NCBI GenBank assembly: GCA_020636135.1 | Contig: JACJYK010000001.1 | Location: 2,930,924-2,994,923, forward strand | Reading direction: 5' to 3' | From: Lewinellaceae bacterium | Lineage (GTDB): Bacteria > Bacteroidota > Bacteroidia > Chitinophagales > Saprospiraceae | Length of the DNA: 64,000 bases | Shown: one piece after another, positions 56,661-64,000 of the stretch | How the letters are laid out: the number at the start of each line of letters is the position of its first letter | Numbering within the stretch: the first letter of the stretch is position 1 | The notes under the pieces: generated by a model | Database searches by the model: none | The model's input: only the letters and a program-made list of their open reading frames with translations | What the model was told of the DNA's origin: nothing | Program-made: the position numbers and the translations under genes

Positions 56661-57840
56661 TCTCCTCTGACCGATTGATCAGGAAGGAATACACTTTGAC
56701 CAGATTGTCTTTCATAGCATGTGGATCCGTTGCTTCACGGTCATGTTCCGAAATTTCATAATTGGCGGGATCTTCATAGAGAGGTTCGAGATCCTGATAA
56801 ATCCGAGTAAAGATTTCCTGGAGTCGCGCAGGAGAACTCATCTTCGGCAGGATCTCGCGAAAATGATCCAGATAATGTGCATACAACACCGAGTCCTCAG
56901 CGATGGTCCGGTCCAGTATGTCTTCTGAAGAATAGATCAATGCGTCTCCGAGCCTTCTATTTCGTAAATCCATACCCTCGTGCGGTTGCTGGGTCAGCAA
57001 GTCATCAAAGTCCCAGGGAACAATACCGAACCGGATGCCCGGATGATCCGGCTGAATATAATAACAGACTTCATCGGTGTAGTCGCCATTCTTAGCCCAA
57101 TAATTAAAAGCCAGCCAACTGAAATAATCCTTTAGGTCCAGGTACCTGTTCAAAGAATCGTACAACGATTGGCCGTGCAAGTCTTTACAGAAATCCGGAA
57201 TAGCCGCAAATGCCCTTTTTGACTCCTTGGTTAGCGTGGCCGGAACCTTTTTACTGACTTTTTCCTGGTCGATATGCCTGCTTTCCAACCGCCGGATTAC
57301 TACAGGTGCGTCTTTATCTTTCAGAGCGACATCGTATGGCCTTTCTATCAAAAGGTAAATGCCTTCGGTTTTTCCATTCAATCGCAATTCCGCATACTGA
57401 AAATAAAACTTGGCCACTTTCAGATCATGCATCATGGTGAATGCGAAATAATTGCGGAAATAATGGACATCCATCGCCTGAGCCAACAGGTAAAATTTTT
57501 TCATTTTCTTTTTACCCTGGCTTCCTTCAAACTCAAAGTCGTCTTCGAGTTGAACATTAAAGCTCTTCCGGTAGAAAAAAGCACTGGATTTCCCTCTGGT
57601 TTTGACTTCTTTGACCTTAACTTCACGACCATCGATAAGCATTTTATTTACCGGGATATTTGATCCGCTGCGGAGCGGGTCGTGTATCTGCCGCGCTATC
57701 GACTTGGGTATATCAATATCCACCACCGTATAATTACGGTCCGTAGCCGGCTCCAGATGCAGTACCTGCTGACTATAAATACTGCTACTAAAAATGCAAA
57801 AGATGAATGCAACCAGCTTACTGTACTTCGGTCCAGACAT
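56635..57840 (-). CDS. Secreted hypothetical protein, possibly a CotH-kinase-family protein
   Basis: 401 aa with a signal peptide. Acidic and aromatic blocks (WDFDDLL, YFSWLAFNYWAKNGDY) are reminiscent of CotH, but I am not certain. Its 3' end overlaps the GNAT gene convergently by 26 nt. Confidence 0.35.
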   Translation of the reverse strand: MSGPKYSKLVAFIFCIFSSSIYSQQVLHLEPATDRNYTVVDIDIPKSIARQIHDPLRSGSNIPVNKMLIDGREVKVKEVKTRGKSSAFFYRKSFNVQLEDDFEFEGSQGKKKMKKFYLLAQAMDVHYFRNYFAFTMMHDLKVAKFYFQYAELRLNGKTEGIYLLIERPYDVALKDKDAPVVIRRLESRHIDQEKVSKKVPATLTKESKRAFAAIPDFCKDLHGQSLYDSLNRYLDLKDYFSWLAFNYWAKNGDYTDEVCYYIQPDHPGIRFGIVPWDFDDLLTQQPHEGMDLRNRRLGDALIYSSEDILDRTIAEDSVLYAHYLDHFREILPKMSSPARLQEIFTRIYQDLEPLYEDPANYEISEHDREATDPHAMKDNLVKVYSFLINRSEEIKHQLERN

Positions 57841-58035
57841 GGAGGTAATTTGGAAGTCTTCACTAAAATTACAATATTTCTGATGCTTATGTCCATTGAA
57901 TTACTACTTCAATACCGCAACAGCATATCTCCGGAATTAAATACCTTCGATCAAACCGTAGGGCATCAGATGGTTAATGGTGTGCTTAATACATGCCGGC
58001 CTGGTGAGTATTTGCACACCTTATCTGAATGAAAC

Positions 58036-59385
58036 ATGATCATGAACGGAATCAAGCTAATCGTAAATGTCTATCTATGCAGTACTCTTATCATTGGTAC
58101 CGTTTTAAAGCTTGATGGTCAAAACCTGGTCCCCAATCCCGGATTTGAGGTGGTTACATCCTGTCCTGTCGTTTCTGGACAGATTGATCTGGCGGCACCC
58201 TGGCAATCCGAAAACCTGACTCCGGATCTTTATCACCGTTGTGCCCAAAATACGGCCATCCAGCCGCCACGCCTTGAGGTTTTTTGCACCTACCTGGAGC
58301 CGCATCAGGGCGACGGGTTTGCCGGCATGGTCGTATATGGCCCGGTACGGGAGTACCTTAAAGCACCACTATTGGAATCGCTGAAGAAAGGTCAACAATA
58401 TTTCATCCGCTTTTGGGTCGCCATCGATGACAACTGCATACAAGGTATACCTAATGTCAATTCCAGTGGCATCGGTTTGGGTTTCGGCAACGAGGCCAGT
58501 CTTTATGGTGCCGTGGTAGAAAATAATTCAGGCATTCTGAGAGACACCTCCGGATGGGTGGAGATCACCGGGTGTTATACCGCAGAGGGCAATGAATCGC
58601 ACGTCTACATAGGAAATTTCAGGTCCAATGGTTCTACCATGATCGAATACGATCAGGAAGGAAGTGTCTATGAGGATTACATGTACGTGGACGACATCGA
58701 AGTGATCCCGTTTGACCCGCTACCGGATACCATCTGGCAATGCCAGGATCAAATTATGCTCAATGGCTCCTTTCAGGATTTTCCGGTGCGCTGGCAGGAT
58801 GGCGGTTATTCATCCACCTTTCAGGTTGATAGTCCCGGGCTGATTCAGGTCACCGCAGAAACAGAACATTGCCTTCTTACGGATGAGAGTCATGTGCTCA
58901 ACGGAATTCCGGATGCAGTGCCCAGTACTGGTGCAATATGTCCGGGAAATTCCATTACACTGGAGGCACCGGTTGCCGAATCTTACCTTTGGCAGGATGG
59001 AAATATCAACAGAATCAGATCTGTAACGAATGCTGGTTTTTATACCGTTTCATTTCAAACCGGATGCGGTACTTTTGATTTAACTTTTGAAATCGAGGAA
59101 CATACCTGCGACTGCAGTATTTTTATACCCAATGTGTTTTCACCGAACGGAGATGGTCTAAATGACGACCTTAAGGTTTCAATGAATTGCAAGGTATCCT
59201 ATACCATCGTCTCTTTTTCGGTATTTGACCGGTGGGGTCAGGAGATTTTCCGCACCCAAACGCCGGAAACAACACCATGGAACGGCGCCTCAGCGCCAGG
59301 AGTTTACGTTTACCGGTTGGAATATTTGGTGGGGAATCAAAGTCCTCCCCACGTCAAATTTGGAGACATTACCATCGTCAAATAA
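58036..59385 (+). CDS. T9SS type-B C-terminal-domain (gliding-motility-associated CTD) secreted protein, paralogue 1
   Basis: 449 aa with a signal peptide. The C-terminus CDCSIFIPNVFSPNGDGLNDDLKV...VFDRWGQEIFR...PWNGASAPGVYVYRLEY...GDITIVK is a textbook type-B CTD. Confidence 0.8.
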   Translation: MIMNGIKLIVNVYLCSTLIIGTVLKLDGQNLVPNPGFEVVTSCPVVSGQIDLAAPWQSENLTPDLYHRCAQNTAIQPPRLEVFCTYLEPHQGDGFAGMVVYGPVREYLKAPLLESLKKGQQYFIRFWVAIDDNCIQGIPNVNSSGIGLGFGNEASLYGAVVENNSGILRDTSGWVEITGCYTAEGNESHVYIGNFRSNGSTMIEYDQEGSVYEDYMYVDDIEVIPFDPLPDTIWQCQDQIMLNGSFQDFPVRWQDGGYSSTFQVDSPGLIQVTAETEHCLLTDESHVLNGIPDAVPSTGAICPGNSITLEAPVAESYLWQDGNINRIRSVTNAGFYTVSFQTGCGTFDLTFEIEEHTCDCSIFIPNVFSPNGDGLNDDLKVSMNCKVSYTIVSFSVFDRWGQEIFRTQTPETTPWNGASAPGVYVYRLEYLVGNQSPPHVKFGDITIVK

Positions 59386-59402
59386 ATTCCGGCGCCATCA
59401 CC

Positions 59403-60830
59403 ATGTTTAAACCTGTCGACATTTGCCTCAAGCATACACCTCGAAGAATAACAGGCTTTGAATGCAGCTCGACAAAGGTGTTTTTACATTGCTTGCTGAT
59501 GCTGGTAACCACCACTCCGGTTTCACTTTTTGCTCAGAATCTGGTGCCCAATGCCTCGTTTGATCACGCAACTTCCTGCCCCCGCACGGAAGGGGAAGTC
59601 GACCTGGCCATCCCCTGGCTAAACACCCTGCTCACGCCAGACCTCTTCCTGCGCTGTGCCGAAAATGAGAACTTCAAAGTACCCAGACCGCGTAAATGTA
59701 CCTATCTGGAACCGCACAGCGGGGATGGATACGTAGGACTGGCCACCTATGGCAATACCCGGGAAGTCATCGGTGTTCCATTGGTCCATCCACTGGAAAA
59801 AGGCAAGAGTTATTTCCTGCAGTTCTGGGTAGCCATCGACGATGTGTGTGAGCGCTGGGACCGGGGAACCTATACGGACGCCATCGGGCTGGGCTTTGGC
59901 GAAGACAATTACGACATCCCGGACTATCCTGCACTGGAACACCGGGGCACGATATTTCGGGACACTTCCGGGTGGACGCCCATATTCGGCTGTTACGTAG
60001 CCAATGGTAAGGAGAAATACCTGTTCATCAAGAATTTTCAATCCGATGACCACACCCTGGTAGTAAGTGACGACCCGGCATTGATCCCGGTTTTTGACTA
60101 TCTGTATATCGACGATGTCGCCGTCATTCCCATGAACCCCTATCCGGATACCCTGCCCTATTGCGGTATGCCGCTACGCCTGGCTGCATCCATTCCGGAT
60201 GCGACCTACCTCTGGGACAATCACAGCACCGACAGTGTCCGGTGGGTAAACAGTGAGGGCGATTATCGCGTCACAATAAAGCTTGGCAAGTGTGAGAGTG
60301 AGCAGGTCATCCATGTGGTGGATGTGGACCATGGGATCCCCGTCGATCCCCACCTGGTGATGTGCGAGGGGAATGCCCTGCGTCTCCAAACCGCCCTGCC
60401 TGGGAAGGTCACCTGGGAAAATGGAGCGATCGGCACTTTGCGGACGGTGGATCAACCCGGCATGTACCAGGCACAGATCACCAACGAATGCGGGCAGTTC
60501 ACCCAGGACTTCAATGTAACCGCCCAGGACTGCGGATGCCAGGTTGATGCTCCCAATGTATTCTCACCCAACGGGGATCAGGTCAATGACAACTGGAAAC
60601 CCTATCTCGATTGTCCATCCCTGGAACGCGTGGAGTTGCTGCAGATCTATGACCGGTGGGGACAACTGATCTTTTCCAGTTCCGACCCGGACCAACTCCC
60701 CTGGGACGGCCGGTTTAATCAAAACCTAGTTCCTCCAGGTATTTATCTGTGGGTATTAACCTTCCGGACCAATAAGGCCGGCAACCGGCAGACTGAATAT
60801 GCCACTGGTGATGTTACGGTAATCCGCTAG
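59403..60830 (+). CDS. T9SS type-B C-terminal-domain secreted protein, paralogue 2
   Basis: The ORF is open from 59232. Plausible starts are MFKP at 59403 or MLVTTTPVSLFAQ at 59502. The C-terminus CGCQVDAPNVFSPNGDQVNDNWKP...IYDRWGQLIFS...PWDGRFNQNLVPPGIYLWVL...GDVTVIR is a type-B CTD. The N-terminal about 150 aa aligns with paralogue 1. Confidence 0.75.
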   Translation: MFKPVDICLKHTPRRITGFECSSTKVFLHCLLMLVTTTPVSLFAQNLVPNASFDHATSCPRTEGEVDLAIPWLNTLLTPDLFLRCAENENFKVPRPRKCTYLEPHSGDGYVGLATYGNTREVIGVPLVHPLEKGKSYFLQFWVAIDDVCERWDRGTYTDAIGLGFGEDNYDIPDYPALEHRGTIFRDTSGWTPIFGCYVANGKEKYLFIKNFQSDDHTLVVSDDPALIPVFDYLYIDDVAVIPMNPYPDTLPYCGMPLRLAASIPDATYLWDNHSTDSVRWVNSEGDYRVTIKLGKCESEQVIHVVDVDHGIPVDPHLVMCEGNALRLQTALPGKVTWENGAIGTLRTVDQPGMYQAQITNECGQFTQDFNVTAQDCGCQVDAPNVFSPNGDQVNDNWKPYLDCPSLERVELLQIYDRWGQLIFSSSDPDQLPWDGRFNQNLVPPGIYLWVLTFRTNKAGNRQTEYATGDVTVIR

Positions 60831-60836
60831 TTACGC

Positions 60837-62147
60837 TCAATACCCGAATAACCCGGGTAACCACATGCTCAATCCGGAGATGTAAGTGACCAGCATCAGG
60901 ACCACCACCATGGTTATCAACAGCGGGATTAAAGAACCCATAATGTCGGATACAGAGATTTTAGCCACCCCGCTGCCAACAAATAACAGGGTTCCGACCG
61001 GCGGAGTACACAGCCCGATACACAGGTTCAAAACCATAATGATCCCGAAGTGTACCGGATGCATACCCAATTGGGTAACCACCGGAAGAAAGATCGGCGT
61101 AAAGATGAGCACTGCCGGAGTCATATCCATAAAGGTCCCAACGATCAGCAGGGTAATGTTGATGATAAAAAGAATGACGACCGGACTGGAAAACTTATCG
61201 AGCAGAAAGTCCGTGAGTAGCTGAGGTATACTTTCAAATGAAAACAGCCAGGACATGGCCATCGAAGTACAGATCAGAAACATGACACTGGCCGTCACTT
61301 TGGCGCTTTCCAGGAGGATGGGGCCTACATCTTTCAGTTTCAGATCCCCGTAACTGTATCCCAGGATACCGGCATAGACGACGGCAATGGCTGCTGCCTC
61401 GGTTGCCGTAAAAATACCGGCGATGATCCCACCCACGATGACAACCAATAACAACAGGCTAAAGAAGGCCCGCCGGAAATCCCGGAATAGCCTGCCAATG
61501 CTGACCCGCTCTCCGCGTGGCAGCTTTTTGGAAAATGCAGTATAGGAGATGACGACCATCAGGGCTACTCCTACCAGGATCCCCGGAATGTATCCAGCCA
61601 GAAACAAGGCAGCCACGCTGGCTGCACCGCCGCTGGCGAGAGCATAGACAATGAGCGTATTGCTGGGAGGGATCAGTAGACCGGTCGTAGCAGATGTGAT
61701 GTTAATGGATGCACTGAATGGCCGGCTGTAACCTTCATCCTCCATACGATCTGTCATGATACTTCCAATGCCGGAAGCTGCCGCCATGGCAGAGCCGGAT
61801 ATGGCTCCCATCAGCATGGCTGCAATGACATTGACAAATCCCAGTCCGCCGGGCAGGGAACCAACCAGTGATTTGGCAAAATTAATCAGCCGGTTAGCGA
61901 TTCCCCCGCGCTTCATAATTTCTCCAGCCAGGATGAAAAAAGGTATGGCCAGCAGGGCAAAACTATCAATTCCGGTTGTCATCCGCTGTGAGACAGTGGT
62001 GACACCAGGACCGAAGGCAATATTGACCAGTATGGTCAGAGTCGTCGAGATCCCGATGCTGAAAGCTACCGGGACGCCGTAACCGAGCAGGGCAAAGAAA
62101 GAAACAAACAACAGTATTATGGATATCAACTCAATGCTCATGGCCAC
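60837..62147 (-). CDS. dctM: TRAP transporter large permease subunit
   Basis: 436 aa, polytopic. The DctM-family N-terminus and length fit. Confidence 0.8.
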   Translation of the reverse strand: MAMSIELISIILLFVSFFALLGYGVPVAFSIGISTTLTILVNIAFGPGVTTVSQRMTTGIDSFALLAIPFFILAGEIMKRGGIANRLINFAKSLVGSLPGGLGFVNVIAAMLMGAISGSAMAAASGIGSIMTDRMEDEGYSRPFSASINITSATTGLLIPPSNTLIVYALASGGAASVAALFLAGYIPGILVGVALMVVISYTAFSKKLPRGERVSIGRLFRDFRRAFFSLLLLVVIVGGIIAGIFTATEAAAIAVVYAGILGYSYGDLKLKDVGPILLESAKVTASVMFLICTSMAMSWLFSFESIPQLLTDFLLDKFSSPVVILFIINITLLIVGTFMDMTPAVLIFTPIFLPVVTQLGMHPVHFGIIMVLNLCIGLCTPPVGTLLFVGSGVAKISVSDIMGSLIPLLITMVVVLMLVTYISGLSMWLPGLFGY

Positions 62148-62151
62148 CGGT

Positions 62152-62643
62152 TTACATTTCGAGAGGTTGGGTTGGTTCGGGTTCGTTTTGGGTCATATGG
62201 TAGATGGAATAAAACACGATCAGCAATCCTGAAAAAGGAACGATGGCATATACGACACCCAATGGCACATTTAAGGCCGCCGAATACTGGCCCAATTGCA
62301 GCGTCATCATCACCAGGTTGCCACCGCCTCCGACCATCACCACCAGCGCAAACAGGGCCATGATCACCTCGATGGATCTCTGGCGCTTTTGCCTTTTCTC
62401 CGGTGGAAGCTTTCGCACCAGGAAGTCAATGGCCAGGTGCTGCCGTTGCCCGTTCAGGTAGGCTGCTCCCAGGATGGCCAGCCAGATCATTGCAAACCGG
62501 GCAAACTCCTCCGTGAATGAACTCGAGTGCCCTACGATGTACCGGGAGACCACCTGCCAGACGACATCCAGGGTCATCAATCCGAAGATGAGGATGAGCA
62601 TCCGCTCTACTGTATAATTCAGGAAATCATAAATCTTCTTCAT
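62152..62643 (-). CDS. dctQ: TRAP transporter small permease subunit
   Basis: 163 aa with 4 TM helices, lying between the dctP and dctM homologues. Confidence 0.7.
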   Translation of the reverse strand: MKKIYDFLNYTVERMLILIFGLMTLDVVWQVVSRYIVGHSSSFTEEFARFAMIWLAILGAAYLNGQRQHLAIDFLVRKLPPEKRQKRQRSIEVIMALFALVVMVGGGGNLVMMTLQLGQYSAALNVPLGVVYAIVPFSGLLIVFYSIYHMTQNEPEPTQPLEM

Positions 62644-62647
62644 CGCA

Positions 62648-63661
62648 TTACATGTTGTTTATCCGGTCCATCAAAGCCTGCATTTGAGGGTTTTTACCAA
62701 ACTGATCCCTCACCGCTTGAGTACGCTCTGCAAAGGGCTCCTTATCCGGACGGATAATTTCTACATGCGCAGCTTCCAGGGTACGCATGCACTCATCTAC
62801 GGACTCCTGCCAGAATACTTTTTCTGCCTGAGCCGATTCCTGCGCTGCCTCGTTCAACCAGGCTTGTTCCTGTTCACTCAGCGTGTTCCAGAATTTGGTG
62901 CTGATCACCAGCACATCCGGTATGGTAACATGCTCATCGAGGGTATAATACTTACACACTTCGTAGTGATTGCTGGATACAAAGGAAGGTTCATTGTTTT
63001 CCGCACCGTCCACGACACCCTGCTGAAGGGCGGTGTACAATTCTCCGTAGGCCATGGGAGTTGCAGCGCCTCCCAGGGCAGCTACCATATCAATGGACAT
63101 CTTATGATTCATCACCCTGATCTTCAATCCCTTAAGGTCATCAGGAGTCCGGATCGGTTTATCTTTGGTATAGAAGCTGCGGAATCCTGCATCGTAATAA
63201 CACAATCCTTTCAGCAGGTATTTGGTGCTGCTGGCCAGGATTTCCTGACCGATGTCACTATCCCGTACGCGCCAGGCATGGTCTGCGTCGCGATACAGGT
63301 AGGGCACGCTTAATATCTCGTATTCCGGGGCAAAATTGGCCATGACGGCGGCGCTTACCTTAGTCATTGCCACGCTTCCGATCTGTAAAAGTTCAAGGAC
63401 TTCCCGCTCGGAGCCGAGCTGACCATCGGCGAAGACCTTGACGGTCATCTTCCCTCCCGACTTTTCTTCCAGGACTTTCTTCAGGTACAGCAGTCCTTTA
63501 TGGATGGGATGGGTGGTTGTATTGGCATGTGCCAGGTACAGGACACGTACTCCGGAAATCTTACCACAGTTCAGGGATGCGAACAACAGAAATACCAGCA
63601 GACAGACAGGAATACCTCCACCTCCCTTCCATCCTGTATAGCCCGTTGCTCTCTTATCCAT
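62648..63661 (-). CDS. dctP: TRAP transporter solute-binding subunit (DctP family)
   Basis: 337 aa with a signal/anchor. A DctP-type periplasmic binding fold is suggested by YTLDEHVTIPDVLVIS. Confidence 0.75.
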   Translation of the reverse strand: MDKRATGYTGWKGGGGIPVCLLVFLLFASLNCGKISGVRVLYLAHANTTTHPIHKGLLYLKKVLEEKSGGKMTVKVFADGQLGSEREVLELLQIGSVAMTKVSAAVMANFAPEYEILSVPYLYRDADHAWRVRDSDIGQEILASSTKYLLKGLCYYDAGFRSFYTKDKPIRTPDDLKGLKIRVMNHKMSIDMVAALGGAATPMAYGELYTALQQGVVDGAENNEPSFVSSNHYEVCKYYTLDEHVTIPDVLVISTKFWNTLSEQEQAWLNEAAQESAQAEKVFWQESVDECMRTLEAAHVEIIRPDKEPFAERTQAVRDQFGKNPQMQALMDRINNM

Positions 63662-63777
63662 GCGAATTATATTTGAAATTCAGGATCTACGGAAATATTC
63701 CAGCCTGCCATAACCTGCTCTTTTCCAGACAGGTATATTGACCTGATTACAGAAATGCTATACCAACTCAGGGATGT

Positions 63778-64000
63778 CTAATCCTCAAGCAAGACCGCAC
63801 AAACCTTATCCAGCACATCCTGTACGCCCGCCATGTCCGGTGCCTGGGCATAAACGCGCAGGACAGGCTCGGTACCCGAAGGACGTATCATCACCCACTT
63901 ATCACCCGCAAAATGGAATTTATACCCGTCCAGGTTTTCTTCTTTGGTGATGTTGAGTGGTCCAAAAGCCTTATAACCGCCTTCGTTCAGATGCTTGAGG
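63778..64000 (-). CDS. Phosphoglucomutase/phosphomannomutase-family protein, C-terminal fragment (N-terminus beyond window end)
   Basis: Manual reverse translation gives ...GDKWVMIRPSGTEPVLRVYAQAPDMAGVQDVLDKVCAVLLED*. It contains the RPSGTEP motif of alpha-D-phosphohexomutase domain IV. Confidence 0.7.
   Translation of the reverse strand, partial: LKHLNEGGYKAFGPLNITKEENLDGYKFHFAGDKWVMIRPSGTEPVLRVYAQAPDMAGVQDVLDKVCAVLLED

Noticed and set aside
59232-59402. 57-codon N-terminal extension of type-B CTD paralogue 2 (MGSGDFPHPNAGNN...)
   Set aside because: It overlaps the 3' end of paralogue 1 in another frame and is not signal-peptide-like. The true start is more likely at 59403 or 59502.
1-64000. 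Mobile elements, prophage, integrases, transposases, toxin-antitoxin pairs
   Set aside because: No ORF translation shows DDE/transposase, tyrosine/serine recombinase, phage structural or TA-like signatures. The only compositional anomaly is the AT-rich islet at about 34.8-36.0 kb, which lacks flanking repeats or an integrase.

Overview
This 64 kb window looks like a chromosomal segment from a Bacteroidota genome, about 50-55% GC, coding on both strands and roughly 90% coding. The phylum call rests on type IX secretion (T9SS) markers, a GMC oxidoreductase/gluconate-2-dehydrogenase-subunit-3 pair and the absence of Shine-Dalgarno sequences. Most genes are housekeeping: pckA, metF, lon, parE, adk, obg, prs-rplY, asd, rlmB and dctPQM. 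I could identify no rRNA genes, CRISPR arrays, transposases or integrases, and found no tRNA in the intergenic regions I checked; RNA-gene absence is not verified for the whole window. The accessory content is dominated by cell-surface and T9SS biology. It includes a PorP/SprF gene in front of a PG1058-like TPR/PD40/OmpA protein, an M36 fungalysin-type metalloprotease with a PA domain and a type-A T9SS C-terminal domain, two tandem paralogous proteins with type-B T9SS C-terminal domains, and a large double lamin-tail-domain protein with a type-B-like C-terminal tail. That last protein is translationally coupled to a membrane EEP-family hydrolase, dgkA and a membrane MutS-family protein. Other points of interest are an AT-rich, probably horizontally acquired islet carrying a PhyH-family dioxygenase behind a palindromic site, and two heptanucleotide tandem-repeat arrays with a related TACCTC core at the 3' ends of lon and of a beta-lactamase-like gene. 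There is also an overlapping NeuD-family acetyltransferase/BKACE gene pair, a very acidic coiled-coil protein, and a long metF leader that could hold a regulatory RNA. All calls come from reading the translations and the DNA by eye; no database searches were possible.
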